From: Spirochaetaceae bacterium
GTDB taxonomy: Bacteria; Spirochaetota; Spirochaetia; DSM-27196; SKKC01
NCBI GenBank assembly: GCA_003554375.1
Contig: PWGF01000233.1
Coordinates: forward strand, 1 to 37,053
Direction of reading: 5' to 3'
Length of the DNA: 37,053 bases
The position numbers were made by a program, and so were the translations under genes. Under the pieces are notes generated by a model. That model worked only from the letters and a program-made list of their open reading frames with translations. It did no database searches and was not told where the DNA came from. Below are positions 8,415-16,165 of the stretch, one piece after another. Positions within the stretch are counted from its first letter, which is position 1; each line of letters begins with the position of its first letter.

Positions 8415-10193
8415 CTAGCTCTCGGCGGGCGTGACCCGGATTGCCGCGGCTACGGAACGCTGAAGAGCAACCTGACGCTCACCTACGGAGCACACGATCG
8501 GACCGCCCCATGGCTGCGCGGCTACGACCGTACACGGTTTTCCCGGCCGGAACCCAAGGGCTGCAAGCTGCGGGAGGTCAGGAGCATCTGCGATGGTTCC
8601 GCGTTGTTTTGGAGCAAGGTCGCAGAGGGCGCAGGCGAGCCCCCCTTCGCCGGCGCGGGGGCAGGGCTCGGAGGGCGGAGAGGCTTTGCGGCCTGCCCCG
8701 TCTGCATGCGCCGGTACTTCCGGGTTGCCTGAGTGCCGGCTGCCGGGGCGGGCCGGATTCAGCGAGCGAGCACCGTCTTTTGTTACCATCACGAGCTCCT
8801 TTCCTGCCGGCAGTTTCCGGCTCCTGCCGGGATCGAGAATCCCGAGATTGGCGGGTGTTAACCGCTCGTAGACACGCGACAACTCCCCTCTTGGGTTCCG
8901 ATACAGTATACGTGTTCCGGGTTCCGCTGCCGCCACGATGTGACGAAGCACTGCCGCCTTTGGAACGACGTGGAGCGCAACTATCACCGCAGCGAATCCG
9001 ACGCACGGGAAGCGCAGGGCATCACGGCAGATTATCCGCACGACCCCGCGTACGGAACGCCTCCGAACGACCTTGCGGGCTCGCCGGGCAGCGGCGCGAT
9101 CTCGTTCGAGGACGGTAACATAGCATCCTCCTGCGGCAAGCGCAATCGCAGTCGCAGGAAACGGGCCTCCCCCGACCATCAACACGTGATCTCCCGGCCG
9201 GACCCGCGCGGCGGATCGTTCCCGGTCGATCAGCGTCGCGTATGCCGTGCGGGCATAGAGCGCCCCCATCCACGGAATAGCCGCAGCCAAATGTTCCAGA
9301 GCGCCAACTCCGCGACAGACAAGGCGAGGTAGACGGGTTCGTTCAAAGCGGAAGTACCCCATTAGTGAACGTCCAACATGCCTCGTGGGCGTGTAAGCTC
9401 TGAGCGCAGGCGCGTGCCCGGATCTGTTGCGCTTTGCGGAGCCGACGTAAGCGTCGGCATTAAGGCCGGAGCTCGGGGTAAAACCGGCCCGACTCCCCGC
9501 AGCCTGAGATCGGCGGGCCTGAGATCGGCGGGCGTGACTATGGTGGGTCTGAGAATGGTCGGTCCGCCGAGAATGATTGGCCTGCTCGGTCGCGGTCGTA
9601 CCGGCCAGATGCAGCTCCGAGCGGTCGAACGTCGGCATCAGGTGGCGAACCGAGCGGCAGGGCGTATTGCGCTCCTCGAAGCGGCCGTACTCAGCTTCCA
9701 GGCTCCGCCGCGGCAGGCGAAACACCATTCGCCCTCCGACCCCATCGGCACCGTCCCCATCGGCATGCCCGGCCTGGACGCCCTTTACGAGAGAACGAGC
9801 TACGTTTCGTCGGATTGCGTCTTTCGGCTTTGCCTGGAGTGCAATCAGGGCGGCGTCCGCTGTAGGGAGATCGTCGGCTGCCGCATCCGCGCGTATTACC
9901 GTGAGCTGGTCCTGGAGCCCAAGGCGAATGATCAGCTCCCGCGCGTGTGTAACCGCTTCCGGATCCCGATCGATTGCAACCACCTGCACGCGAGCCATCT
10001 GTGCGCAGAGAATGGCGCTGAAGGGTACGGAGCCGCACCCCACGTTCAGGAGCCTGGTTCCGGGAACAAGCGCGAGGAGCCGGAGCTCCCGCCTGACGAG
10101 ACGCCGGTACGGCGCCGCGTAGAGCGCAAAGCCATACCGGCTTGTAGCAATTCGACGTTCCATTCTGCCAACCGCGTTGCAGATCACACCCAT
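8415..10193 (-). CDS. Fusion of two nicotianamine-synthase-like class I SAM domains with a C-terminal FeoA domain
   Basis: ATG at 10193 after GAGAAAGGA. Domain 1 NVGCGSVPFSAI...IALQAKPK; domain 2 MVGGGPFPATAI...VALHVVPK...RILYRNPRG; last ~75 aa LAALGFRPG...AQPWGGPIVCSVGERQVALQRSVAAAIRV is FeoA-like. Ends 3 nt before feoB. Confidence 0.75.
   Translation of the reverse strand: MGVICNAVGRMERRIATSRYGFALYAAPYRRLVRRELRLLALVPGTRLLNVGCGSVPFSAILCAQMARVQVVAIDRDPEAVTHARELIIRLGLQDQLTVIRADAAADDLPTADAALIALQAKPKDAIRRNVARSLVKGVQAGHADGDGADGVGGRMVFRLPRRSLEAEYGRFEERNTPCRSVRHLMPTFDRSELHLAGTTATEQANHSRRTDHSQTHHSHARRSQARRSQAAGSRAGFTPSSGLNADAYVGSAKRNRSGHAPALRAYTPTRHVGRSLMGYFRFERTRLPRLVCRGVGALEHLAAAIPWMGALYARTAYATLIDRERSAARVRPGDHVLMVGGGPFPATAIALAAGGCYVTVLERDRAAARRARKVVRRRSVRGVVRIICRDALRFPCVGFAAVIVALHVVPKAAVLRHIVAAAEPGTRILYRNPRGELSRVYERLTPANLGILDPGRSRKLPAGKELVMVTKDGARSLNPARPGSRHSGNPEVPAHADGAGRKASPPSEPCPRAGEGGLACALCDLAPKQRGTIADAPDLPQLAALGFRPGKPCTVVAAQPWGGPIVCSVGERQVALQRSVAAAIRVTPAES
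9502..9531. repeat. Perfect 15-bp tandem duplication in the inter-domain linker
   Basis: GCCTGAGATCGGCGG x2, encoding the RRSQA repeat. Confidence 0.85.
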
Positions 10194-10720
10194 CCAATCG
10201 TCCTTTCTCGTTCGTTGTAGCTCTTCCGGCTCGGCCCTTCGGGCGAGCGGCCTGTCCCGTCGGGCGAGCGGCCCGGCCCTTCGGACGCGAGGCGGCGCGG
10301 GAGCAGGATCGAAGCATGCGAAACGGCCGCGCGTGCCGGCACAGGACAGTTGCCCGGCGAACCTCTGCGGGCTCGATTCCGCCCTCTCGGCAAGCCGTCT
10401 GCGCTGCAGTACTCCGCAAGCGGGCAAGAGCGACTTGCAGGGCACTTCTCGCCTGCGACCTCCTTGTTTGCCGGAGCGCCAATCTTTGCCGGGGCGCCAA
10501 CGCTCGTACATTGAGGAGAGTCGAGAAGCCGTAGACCCGCAGGCCCGTGATGGAGAAACGCGAACGCAGCCGCCGCAGCCTTCCAGAATGCGTAGACGAG
10601 CGCGCCGGCAACGCGCGCGCATCCCCATACCACGCGGAGACCTCGCCGAGTGTGTTGTGCGCTCGGCGTCACGGAAGCCGAGATTGCGCTGGGACGCTGG
10701 GCAAGGCCCGCGAAACTCAC
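10184..10720 (-). CDS. Hypothetical membrane protein with Cys cluster, first gene of the feo operon
   Basis: GTG at 10720 after AAGGAG; one hydrophobic segment; C-x5-C-P-x4-C (CPASRSCPLAEYC); stop overlaps the start of the next gene. Confidence 0.5.
   Translation of the reverse strand: MSFAGLAQRPSAISASVTPSAQHTRRGLRVVWGCARVAGALVYAFWKAAAAAFAFLHHGPAGLRLLDSPQCTSVGAPAKIGAPANKEVAGEKCPASRSCPLAEYCSADGLPRGRNRARRGSPGNCPVPARAAVSHASILLPRRLASEGPGRSPDGTGRSPEGPSRKSYNERERTIGWV
10232..10285. repeat. Imperfect 21-bp tandem repeat (about 2.5 units)
   Basis: GGCCCTTCGGGCGAGCGGCCT / GTCCCGTCGGGCGAGCGGCCC / GGCCCTTCGG; encodes EGPGRSP-DGTGRSP-EGPS. Confidence 0.75.
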
Positions 10721-10802
10721 CGCTTTCTCCTTCTCGAGTAACCCAAGTGGCACCGAGACCCCTCGAAAGCCGGCGTTCCCGAGGAGTTTCGTGGAGCACA
10801 CT

Positions 10803-10849
10803 AGGTTGGTCCCGCCCAACTTTCTACTATATGGCGCATGGATTGTCAA
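10803..10849 (-). promoter_or_regulatory. feo operon promoter with DtxR/IdeR-like operator
   Basis: Minus strand TTGACA (10849-10844)-N17-TAGAAA, overlapped and followed by the palindrome AAGTTGG-GCGGGA-CCAACCT (10822-10803). Confidence 0.55.
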
Positions 10850-11075
10850 TGATGATCTGTTGAGAACGATAAGTCAGTGTCCTTCCATTAAATAGCTCGA
10901 ATGGTATTGATAGAAGGCGATACTCAAACGACAATAGCGTTCTCTTCACTCCAAGGCATTCTTTGCGTTCAACGCGCTTGTTCGTCCCCCTCTTTAGCGA
11001 GCTTCGAACTTACGATACCATGCGGGGCGCTCCGAAGCACGCGTAGATTCCGAGGTGGTAGAGAGGCGGAGGCTC

Positions 11076-11822
11076 ATGGCGGAGACAATGGGTACAAAAG
11101 CAGCCTTGCCCGGCAGCAGAGGCCGGGTGGTCATTGATACCAGCATATTCGTGAATCCGGACTCGATGAAATACTTCGGCGAAGGCGTAGGCCCCGCCGT
11201 GGAACGGTTCCTCGAGATCTGCCGCGAGCTCGGGCTCGAGATATACGTACCGCTCTCGGTGTTTCGAGAGCTTGCGAGCTTCCTCCCGCCATATACGCTC
11301 AAAACACTGCGCAGCCGTGCCGTGGTACGTGAGCCGGACCTCTACCATACGCATGTTCCCGCGGTGACGTTTCACACCTTCGTGCGGGAGCTGCGCCACC
11401 GCGTGAACAAAGGGCTTCAGATCGCCGAGCAGGCAATTAAGAGCGCCAACAATCCGGAGAATATCCGGTGGGTCAGACAGCACTATCGTGAGGCGCTGCG
11501 GACCGGAATCGTGGACAGCGTGGAGGATCTGGAAGTCGTGCTGCTGGCGCGCGAGGTGGACGGGATCGTCCTTACTGCGGATCAGGGGATTGCGTCGATG
11601 GCGGGCTGTTTTGGGATCGAGGTTTTTGCCGCGGAGGAATTCCTCGACTATTCCGAAGACAGCCGGACGCAGCATGGCGGGCGCGTTGATGGCGGTTCCT
11701 CAGAGGACGGCGGTTCCTCAGAGGACGGGGGTGCCTCAGAGGGTGCCTGCGCCCCAGAGGACCGTGGCACCTTAGGGGGTGACGGCACCTTAGAAAGTGA
11801 CAGCGCGTCAGAGGATGAGTGA
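11076..11822 (+). CDS. RNA-free ribonuclease P (HARP, Aq880/UPF0278, 'RNA ligase partner' PIN family)
   Basis: VIDTSIFVNP, ELRHRVNKGLQIAE, YREALRTGIVDSVEDLEVVLLA and TADQG match HARP motifs including the catalytic Asp residues. Start 11076 or 11088. Confidence 0.92.
   Translation: MAETMGTKAALPGSRGRVVIDTSIFVNPDSMKYFGEGVGPAVERFLEICRELGLEIYVPLSVFRELASFLPPYTLKTLRSRAVVREPDLYHTHVPAVTFHTFVRELRHRVNKGLQIAEQAIKSANNPENIRWVRQHYREALRTGIVDSVEDLEVVLLAREVDGIVLTADQGIASMAGCFGIEVFAAEEFLDYSEDSRTQHGGRVDGGSSEDGGSSEDGGASEGACAPEDRGTLGGDGTLESDSASEDE
11691..11798 (+). repeat. Degenerate 18-bp tandem repeat (6 units) in the HARP tail
   Basis: GGCGGTTCCTCAGAGGAC x2 plus four diverged copies, encoding GGSSED GGSSED GGASEG ACAPED RGTLGG DGTLES. 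Confidence 0.8.
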
Positions 11823-11823
11823 G

Positions 11824-12909
11824 ATGGAGCACGATCGAGATCGCGACTTCGAGCAGTTCACATTCCAGGGGAAAGCGTATCGCCGGTACAAGAAGGACCG
11901 GGAATCGCCTCGGGGGACAATCGAGATCCTGGACCAGGAAGGAGCCGGAGAGCGCAGTATTCCGGGATTCCCCTCCATCAGGCGGGTATACCGTCTGAAG
12001 CAGGGAATCCGCCGCCTTTTCGGGAATAGCCCGTTTCATGCCGAAGAGAAGCTGGACGGGTACAATGTGCGGATATTCCTGCACGACGGGCGTCTTCCGG
12101 CAGCCTCGCGGGGCGGCTTCCTCTGCCCGTTCACCACGGAGTGGGCGGAAATCTGGGGCGAGGACTGTAATCTTCACCGGTTCTTCCGTGACTATCCGGA
12201 TCACGTACTGTGTGGCGAGGTTGTGGGCGATAACCCCTACAACCGGCAGCGGGATCCGGAGCTCTCCGCCGGGGCGCATTTCTTCGTCTTCGAGATTGCC
12301 GCCCCCGACGGACAGTTCCTTCGTCCCGCCGATCGCTACCGTCTCGTGGAGGAGTACGATCTTCCTGCGGTGCCGAACCTCGGCGAGTTCCACGTCCGCC
12401 GTATCGATGCGCTCTACGAGCTGCTCCGGGATCTGAACGAGCGCGGGCGGGAGGGTGTGGTGCTCAAAGATCGCCGTGGGAAACGTCGCCTGAAGTTCGT
12501 CACCCCGACGAGCGACTTGCAGGATATCCGGGATGCTCTGGCGATCGGCTTCGATATGGCGAGCGGATACTTCTTCAACAGATATATGCGTGCGGTCATA
12601 TTCGTTCGCGAGCTGGGGTTGGACGAGGCGGAGTACGCACGCCACATCGGTCAGGCTTTCCTCGACGGTGTCCCGGGTTCCCACGAGTTCTCCGAAGCAA
12701 GCGAGCAGTATCGCATCTACGTGCGTGAGAGGCGCACCTGGGAGGCCCTGTACGAGAGACTTCAGTCGCACGTTCTTCTCAAGGAGGACAACGTCGTACC
12801 GGGCAGTGCTTTCGGACGCGACATGCTTCGGGTTGACTTCCGGCGCGTCTTCCAGCGCAGCTCACACCGTTACCGGCTCATGCTCGGCGGATACCTTCAT
12901 GCCGATTGA
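11824..12909 (+). CDS. ATP-dependent RNA ligase, Pab1020/Rnl3 (archaeal-type) family
   Basis: IPGFPSIRR, motif I EEKLDGYNVR, SRGGFLCPFTT, LCGEVVG.NPY, FFVFEI, REGVVLK, LKFVT. ATG 11824 after GAGGA (alternative 11815), adjoining the HARP stop. Confidence 0.9.
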   Translation: MEHDRDRDFEQFTFQGKAYRRYKKDRESPRGTIEILDQEGAGERSIPGFPSIRRVYRLKQGIRRLFGNSPFHAEEKLDGYNVRIFLHDGRLPAASRGGFLCPFTTEWAEIWGEDCNLHRFFRDYPDHVLCGEVVGDNPYNRQRDPELSAGAHFFVFEIAAPDGQFLRPADRYRLVEEYDLPAVPNLGEFHVRRIDALYELLRDLNERGREGVVLKDRRGKRRLKFVTPTSDLQDIRDALAIGFDMASGYFFNRYMRAVIFVRELGLDEAEYARHIGQAFLDGVPGSHEFSEASEQYRIYVRERRTWEALYERLQSHVLLKEDNVVPGSAFGRDMLRVDFRRVFQRSSHRYRLMLGGYLHAD

Positions 12910-13115
12910 GGCCCGCGGTCGGCGCGGGTGGGCAGCTGCGAAAGCTTCCGAGGTTGTCTTCGCGGCTCCTGCCCCGGTTCGCGCCCGCGGCCCCGCACGC
13001 GGGGCAACCAGCAGAGCTCGCTTCTCGAACTCGAGCCTCCCGACCGTTTCCCCACACGCGGAACCGAGCTTCCGCTTGCGTGCACATGAGACCATCTCGG
13101 GGTACAATCGTCGCC

Positions 13116-14174
13116 ATGAAGCGCTGTGTGAAGGTCTTGTCGGCCGTCATTCTGGGCCTTGTTGTGCTCGGAGCCATTGCGTGCGGAACTTCGCGGTTCC
13201 TTTCGCCTCCGAATGCTGGGCGTGAGCTGGCCCGGGTGTGGGAGGTTCCTCATCCGGCGGTGGTTGCCCACCGGGGCGCTTCGTGGCTTGCGCCGGAATC
13301 AACTGCGCCGGCCTATGAGTTGGCGCGAGATCTGGGTGCGGACTATCTAGAGGCGGATCTTCAGCGTACCCGTGACAGGGTCGTCGTGGCTTTTCACGAC
13401 GAGACGCTCGAGCGCACGACCAACGTGGAGGAGGTCTTCCCCGACCGTTCAACGGATCGAATCGAGACGTTTACCTACGGCGAGCTCATGGAGCTCGATC
13501 ACGGAAGCTGGTTTAACCAGGCATACCCTGAGCGCGCTCGCGATGCTTACGAGGGCCTGGGCGTCGTGACGCTTCGGGAGCTCATTGAAATTGCGGAGGC
13601 GGGACCGAACAACCCCGGCCTCTACCTTGAGACGAAGTCCGCTCAGAACCATCCGGGGATCGAGGAGGACGTCCTCGCGGTACTCGAGGACTTGTGCTGG
13701 TATCCGGAGGGGCCGGAGCTCGCCGGCCCGGACGTCACGGCAAACGCGGCGGTCGGGGCGCCGACGATCGATGTGGCCGCCGGCCGGAGCGGGATCATCT
13801 TCCAGTCATTTCACACCGGTAGCCTCGAGCAGCTTATCGAGCTGGCGCCGGAGATCCCAGCGGTCTATCTCATCAGCGCTGCGATGGCGGAGGAGAACGG
13901 TTTTCGCCGACATGTGAAGACCGCGACCGAGATGGGAGCTCTCGGGGTCGGGCCAGGTGGCCGGCTCGGGCTCCCGTGGAATACGGGGCACGCCCACCGG
14001 GAAGGGCTTTTGGTTCACAACTACACGATAAACCAGCCGTGGCAGATGCGGCTTCTGCGGAGCTTTGGTGCGGACGGAATCTTCACGGACCGGCCGGCGG
14101 TGGCGCTGGAGGTATTCGATCGCGCCGAAGAGATCGACGTCGATGCTATTCTGGATCGGTTGGAGCTAAAATGA
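13116..14174 (+). CDS. glpQ: Glycerophosphodiester phosphodiesterase, probable lipoprotein
   Basis: AHRGAS..APEST, YLEADLQRTRD, FHDETLERTT, GADGIFTD; signal MKRCVK...AIA-C. Confidence 0.88.
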   Translation: MKRCVKVLSAVILGLVVLGAIACGTSRFLSPPNAGRELARVWEVPHPAVVAHRGASWLAPESTAPAYELARDLGADYLEADLQRTRDRVVVAFHDETLERTTNVEEVFPDRSTDRIETFTYGELMELDHGSWFNQAYPERARDAYEGLGVVTLRELIEIAEAGPNNPGLYLETKSAQNHPGIEEDVLAVLEDLCWYPEGPELAGPDVTANAAVGAPTIDVAAGRSGIIFQSFHTGSLEQLIELAPEIPAVYLISAAMAEENGFRRHVKTATEMGALGVGPGGRLGLPWNTGHAHREGLLVHNYTINQPWQMRLLRSFGADGIFTDRPAVALEVFDRAEEIDVDAILDRLELK

Positions 14175-14192
14175 CCCCAAGGGAGGAAGGCT

Positions 14193-15227
14193 ATGACGTA
14201 CGTACCGGATTCGGAGCGATATAGCAGTATGGCATACCGGCGATGCGGTCGCAGCGGCCTTCAGCTGCCGGGCGTATCGCTTGGTCTTTGGCACAATTTC
14301 GGTGACGAGACGAGCCTGAGCAACGCGCGGGCGATGGTCCATAAGGCGTTCGATCTGGGGATCACCCATTTCGATCTTGCCAATAACTATGGCCCTCCCG
14401 CGGGCTCGGCGGAGTACAACTTTGGGCGCATCCTCCGGGAAGATCTTGCCGGGTACCGCGATGAGCTCGTTATCTCCACCAAGGCAGGGTACTACATGTG
14501 GCCGGGGCCCTACGGAGAATGGGGGTCTCGGAAGTACCTTCTGGCCAGCCTCGATCAGAGTCTCCTGCGGATGGGCCTTGACTACGTGGACATTTTCTAT
14601 TCCCACCGGTTCGATCCGAGCACGCCGCTCGAGGAGACGATGGGAGCTTTGGCAAGCGCGGTGAAGCAGGGTAAGGCGCTGTATGTGGGCATCTCCTCGT
14701 ATTCGGCGCGAAAGACGGCGGAGGCCGCGGAGATACTCCAGGACATGGGGGTCAAGCTCCTGATCCATCAGCCTTCCTACTCGATGTTGAATCGCTGGGT
14801 GGAGGAGGGGCTTCTGGACGAGCTCGAGCAGCGCGGGATCGGCGCCATTGCGTTCTCTCCGTTGGCTCAAGGGCTTCTGACCGGGAAGTACTTGGACGGC
14901 GTCCCGGAGGATTCGCGGGCCGTAACCGCTCCCGGCACTTTTCAGCGCGAGCGCTATCTCTCACCGGAGAATATCGAACGGATCCGCGCTCTGAATCGGG
15001 TAGCTCAGGAGCGCGGGCAGTCTCTGACACAGATGGCCCTGGCGTGGGTACTGCGAGATCGACGCATTACGTCCGTCCTGATTGGGGCGAGCCGCCCCGA
15101 GCAGATCGAGGAAAACGTAGGAGCTCTGGCCAACCTCGAGTTCTCGGAGCACGAGTTGGCGGAGATCGACCGCCACGCCCAAGAGGGGGATATCAACCTC
15201 TGGGCGTCTTCGAGCGAAGCCGGATGA
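14193..15227 (+). CDS. Aldo/keto reductase, L-glyceraldehyde 3-phosphate reductase (YghZ/Gpr-like)
   Basis: YRRCGRSGL.LP..SLGLWHNFG, FDLANNYGPP.GSAE, STKAGY.MWPGPYG, FSPLAQGLLT; SD GGAGG. Confidence 0.92.
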   Translation: MTYVPDSERYSSMAYRRCGRSGLQLPGVSLGLWHNFGDETSLSNARAMVHKAFDLGITHFDLANNYGPPAGSAEYNFGRILREDLAGYRDELVISTKAGYYMWPGPYGEWGSRKYLLASLDQSLLRMGLDYVDIFYSHRFDPSTPLEETMGALASAVKQGKALYVGISSYSARKTAEAAEILQDMGVKLLIHQPSYSMLNRWVEEGLLDELEQRGIGAIAFSPLAQGLLTGKYLDGVPEDSRAVTAPGTFQRERYLSPENIERIRALNRVAQERGQSLTQMALAWVLRDRRITSVLIGASRPEQIEENVGALANLEFSEHELAEIDRHAQEGDINLWASSSEAG

Positions 15228-15409
15228 TCTCGGAGGCCGGGCGCCGAACGCCGAAGCCGCTCCAGACGAACCAAGGTTACGGATAGACGGCAAGACTCCG
15301 ACGCGCCGGCGATCCGGAAGGTCGCGAAGCGAGTCCCGCGGGCGCTGTCCCCACGAGGAGATAGAAGAAGGGAGGCGAGAATTGATATACTACAATCGGA
15401 GGGCCTCGA

Positions 15410-15634
15410 ATGAGTGTGAGTATCAATCTTGACTTTGAACAGCTGAAATCGCTCGTGGACCAGCTCTCGAGCGAAGAGGCCGCTGAGCTCGCCGAGTATT
15501 TGCAACGAAAGGCGGCGTTGGATCGTCTTGAGCGCTTTCAGGAAGAGCACAAGGATATCTCGCTGACCGAAGAGGAGATCGCCGAGGAAGTCGAAGCCGT
15601 GCGCCGCGAACGCTACGAAGGCCAACGGCACTAA
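15410..15634 (+). CDS. Putative antitoxin (VapB-like) of a PIN toxin-antitoxin pair
   Basis: 74-aa acidic ORF with SD GGAGG, ending EEIAEEVEAVRRER; its TAA directly abuts the PIN gene ATG. Confidence 0.7.
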   Translation: MSVSINLDFEQLKSLVDQLSSEEAAELAEYLQRKAALDRLERFQEEHKDISLTEEEIAEEVEAVRRERYEGQRH

Positions 15635-16042
15635 ATGACGATTGTCCTCGACACCAACCTTTGGGTAAGTATGTTGCTGGGATTACGGGTCCGTAGACTT
15701 AGGCGGCACCTGTACAATCCGCGAATTCGGGTAGTGACCAGTAGCGAACAACGCGTCGAGCTTACCACAACGCTGTCGAAGCGAAAGTTGACGAGAGTTC
15801 TTACTCCCGCAGACCGAGAGTATCTTCTTCGCATCTATGATGACGTTGCCCACGAGATATCGGTAAGTGAGCAGGTGCACATGTGCCGGGACCCAAAGGA
15901 TGACTTTCTCCTCTCACTCGCTCTTGCCGGCCGGGCCCAGGTCATCGTCTCCGGGGACAAAGACCTCCTTGAGCTCCGAAGCTTCCGCGGGACTGAGATA
16001 CTCTCCTACAGCGAGTTCGAGAAACGGCTTGTCGCTCGATGA
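15635..16042 (+). CDS. Putative PIN-family (VapC-like) toxin
   Basis: IVLDTNLWVS, CRDPKDDFLL and IVSGDKDLL motifs. Confidence 0.88.
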   Translation: MTIVLDTNLWVSMLLGLRVRRLRRHLYNPRIRVVTSSEQRVELTTTLSKRKLTRVLTPADREYLLRIYDDVAHEISVSEQVHMCRDPKDDFLLSLALAGRAQVIVSGDKDLLELRSFRGTEILSYSEFEKRLVAR

Positions 16043-16165
16043 AGGATTTCTTCGCCGGCAAGAACATGCCTTTGCGCCGGCGGGAACCGGCGAGTCCGGC
16101 AGGGAAGGCGCCCAGAACACCTCGATAAGCGCACGGGAGCAGCAACCTTGGGACCCAGCGACGGC

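Noticed and set aside
10194-10799. N-terminal 202 aa of the 794-aa ORF
   Set aside because: Arg-rich low-information sequence with no SD, starting very close to the promoter; ATG 10193 has a good SD and another frame has a better start.
10200-10800. Cobalamin or NiCo riboswitch upstream of the feo genes
   Set aside because: Only short fragments (GCAACTGT, GGACAGTT) match; no B12 box or correctly ordered NiCo core on the coding strand.
10859-10878. Fur box (TTGAGAACGATAAGTCA)
   Set aside because: Too many mismatches to the 7-1-7 consensus; the DtxR-like palindrome is a better candidate.
11691-11798. CRISPR array
   Set aside because: Repeats are contiguous, in-frame 18-mers without unique spacers; no cas genes. 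The same applies to the repeats at 9502, 10232 and 33527.
12906-13115. Extended N-terminus of GlpQ making it a third gene coupled to the ligase
   Set aside because: The signal peptide begins at ATG 13116, which has its own TACAAT box; the upstream frame looks non-coding.
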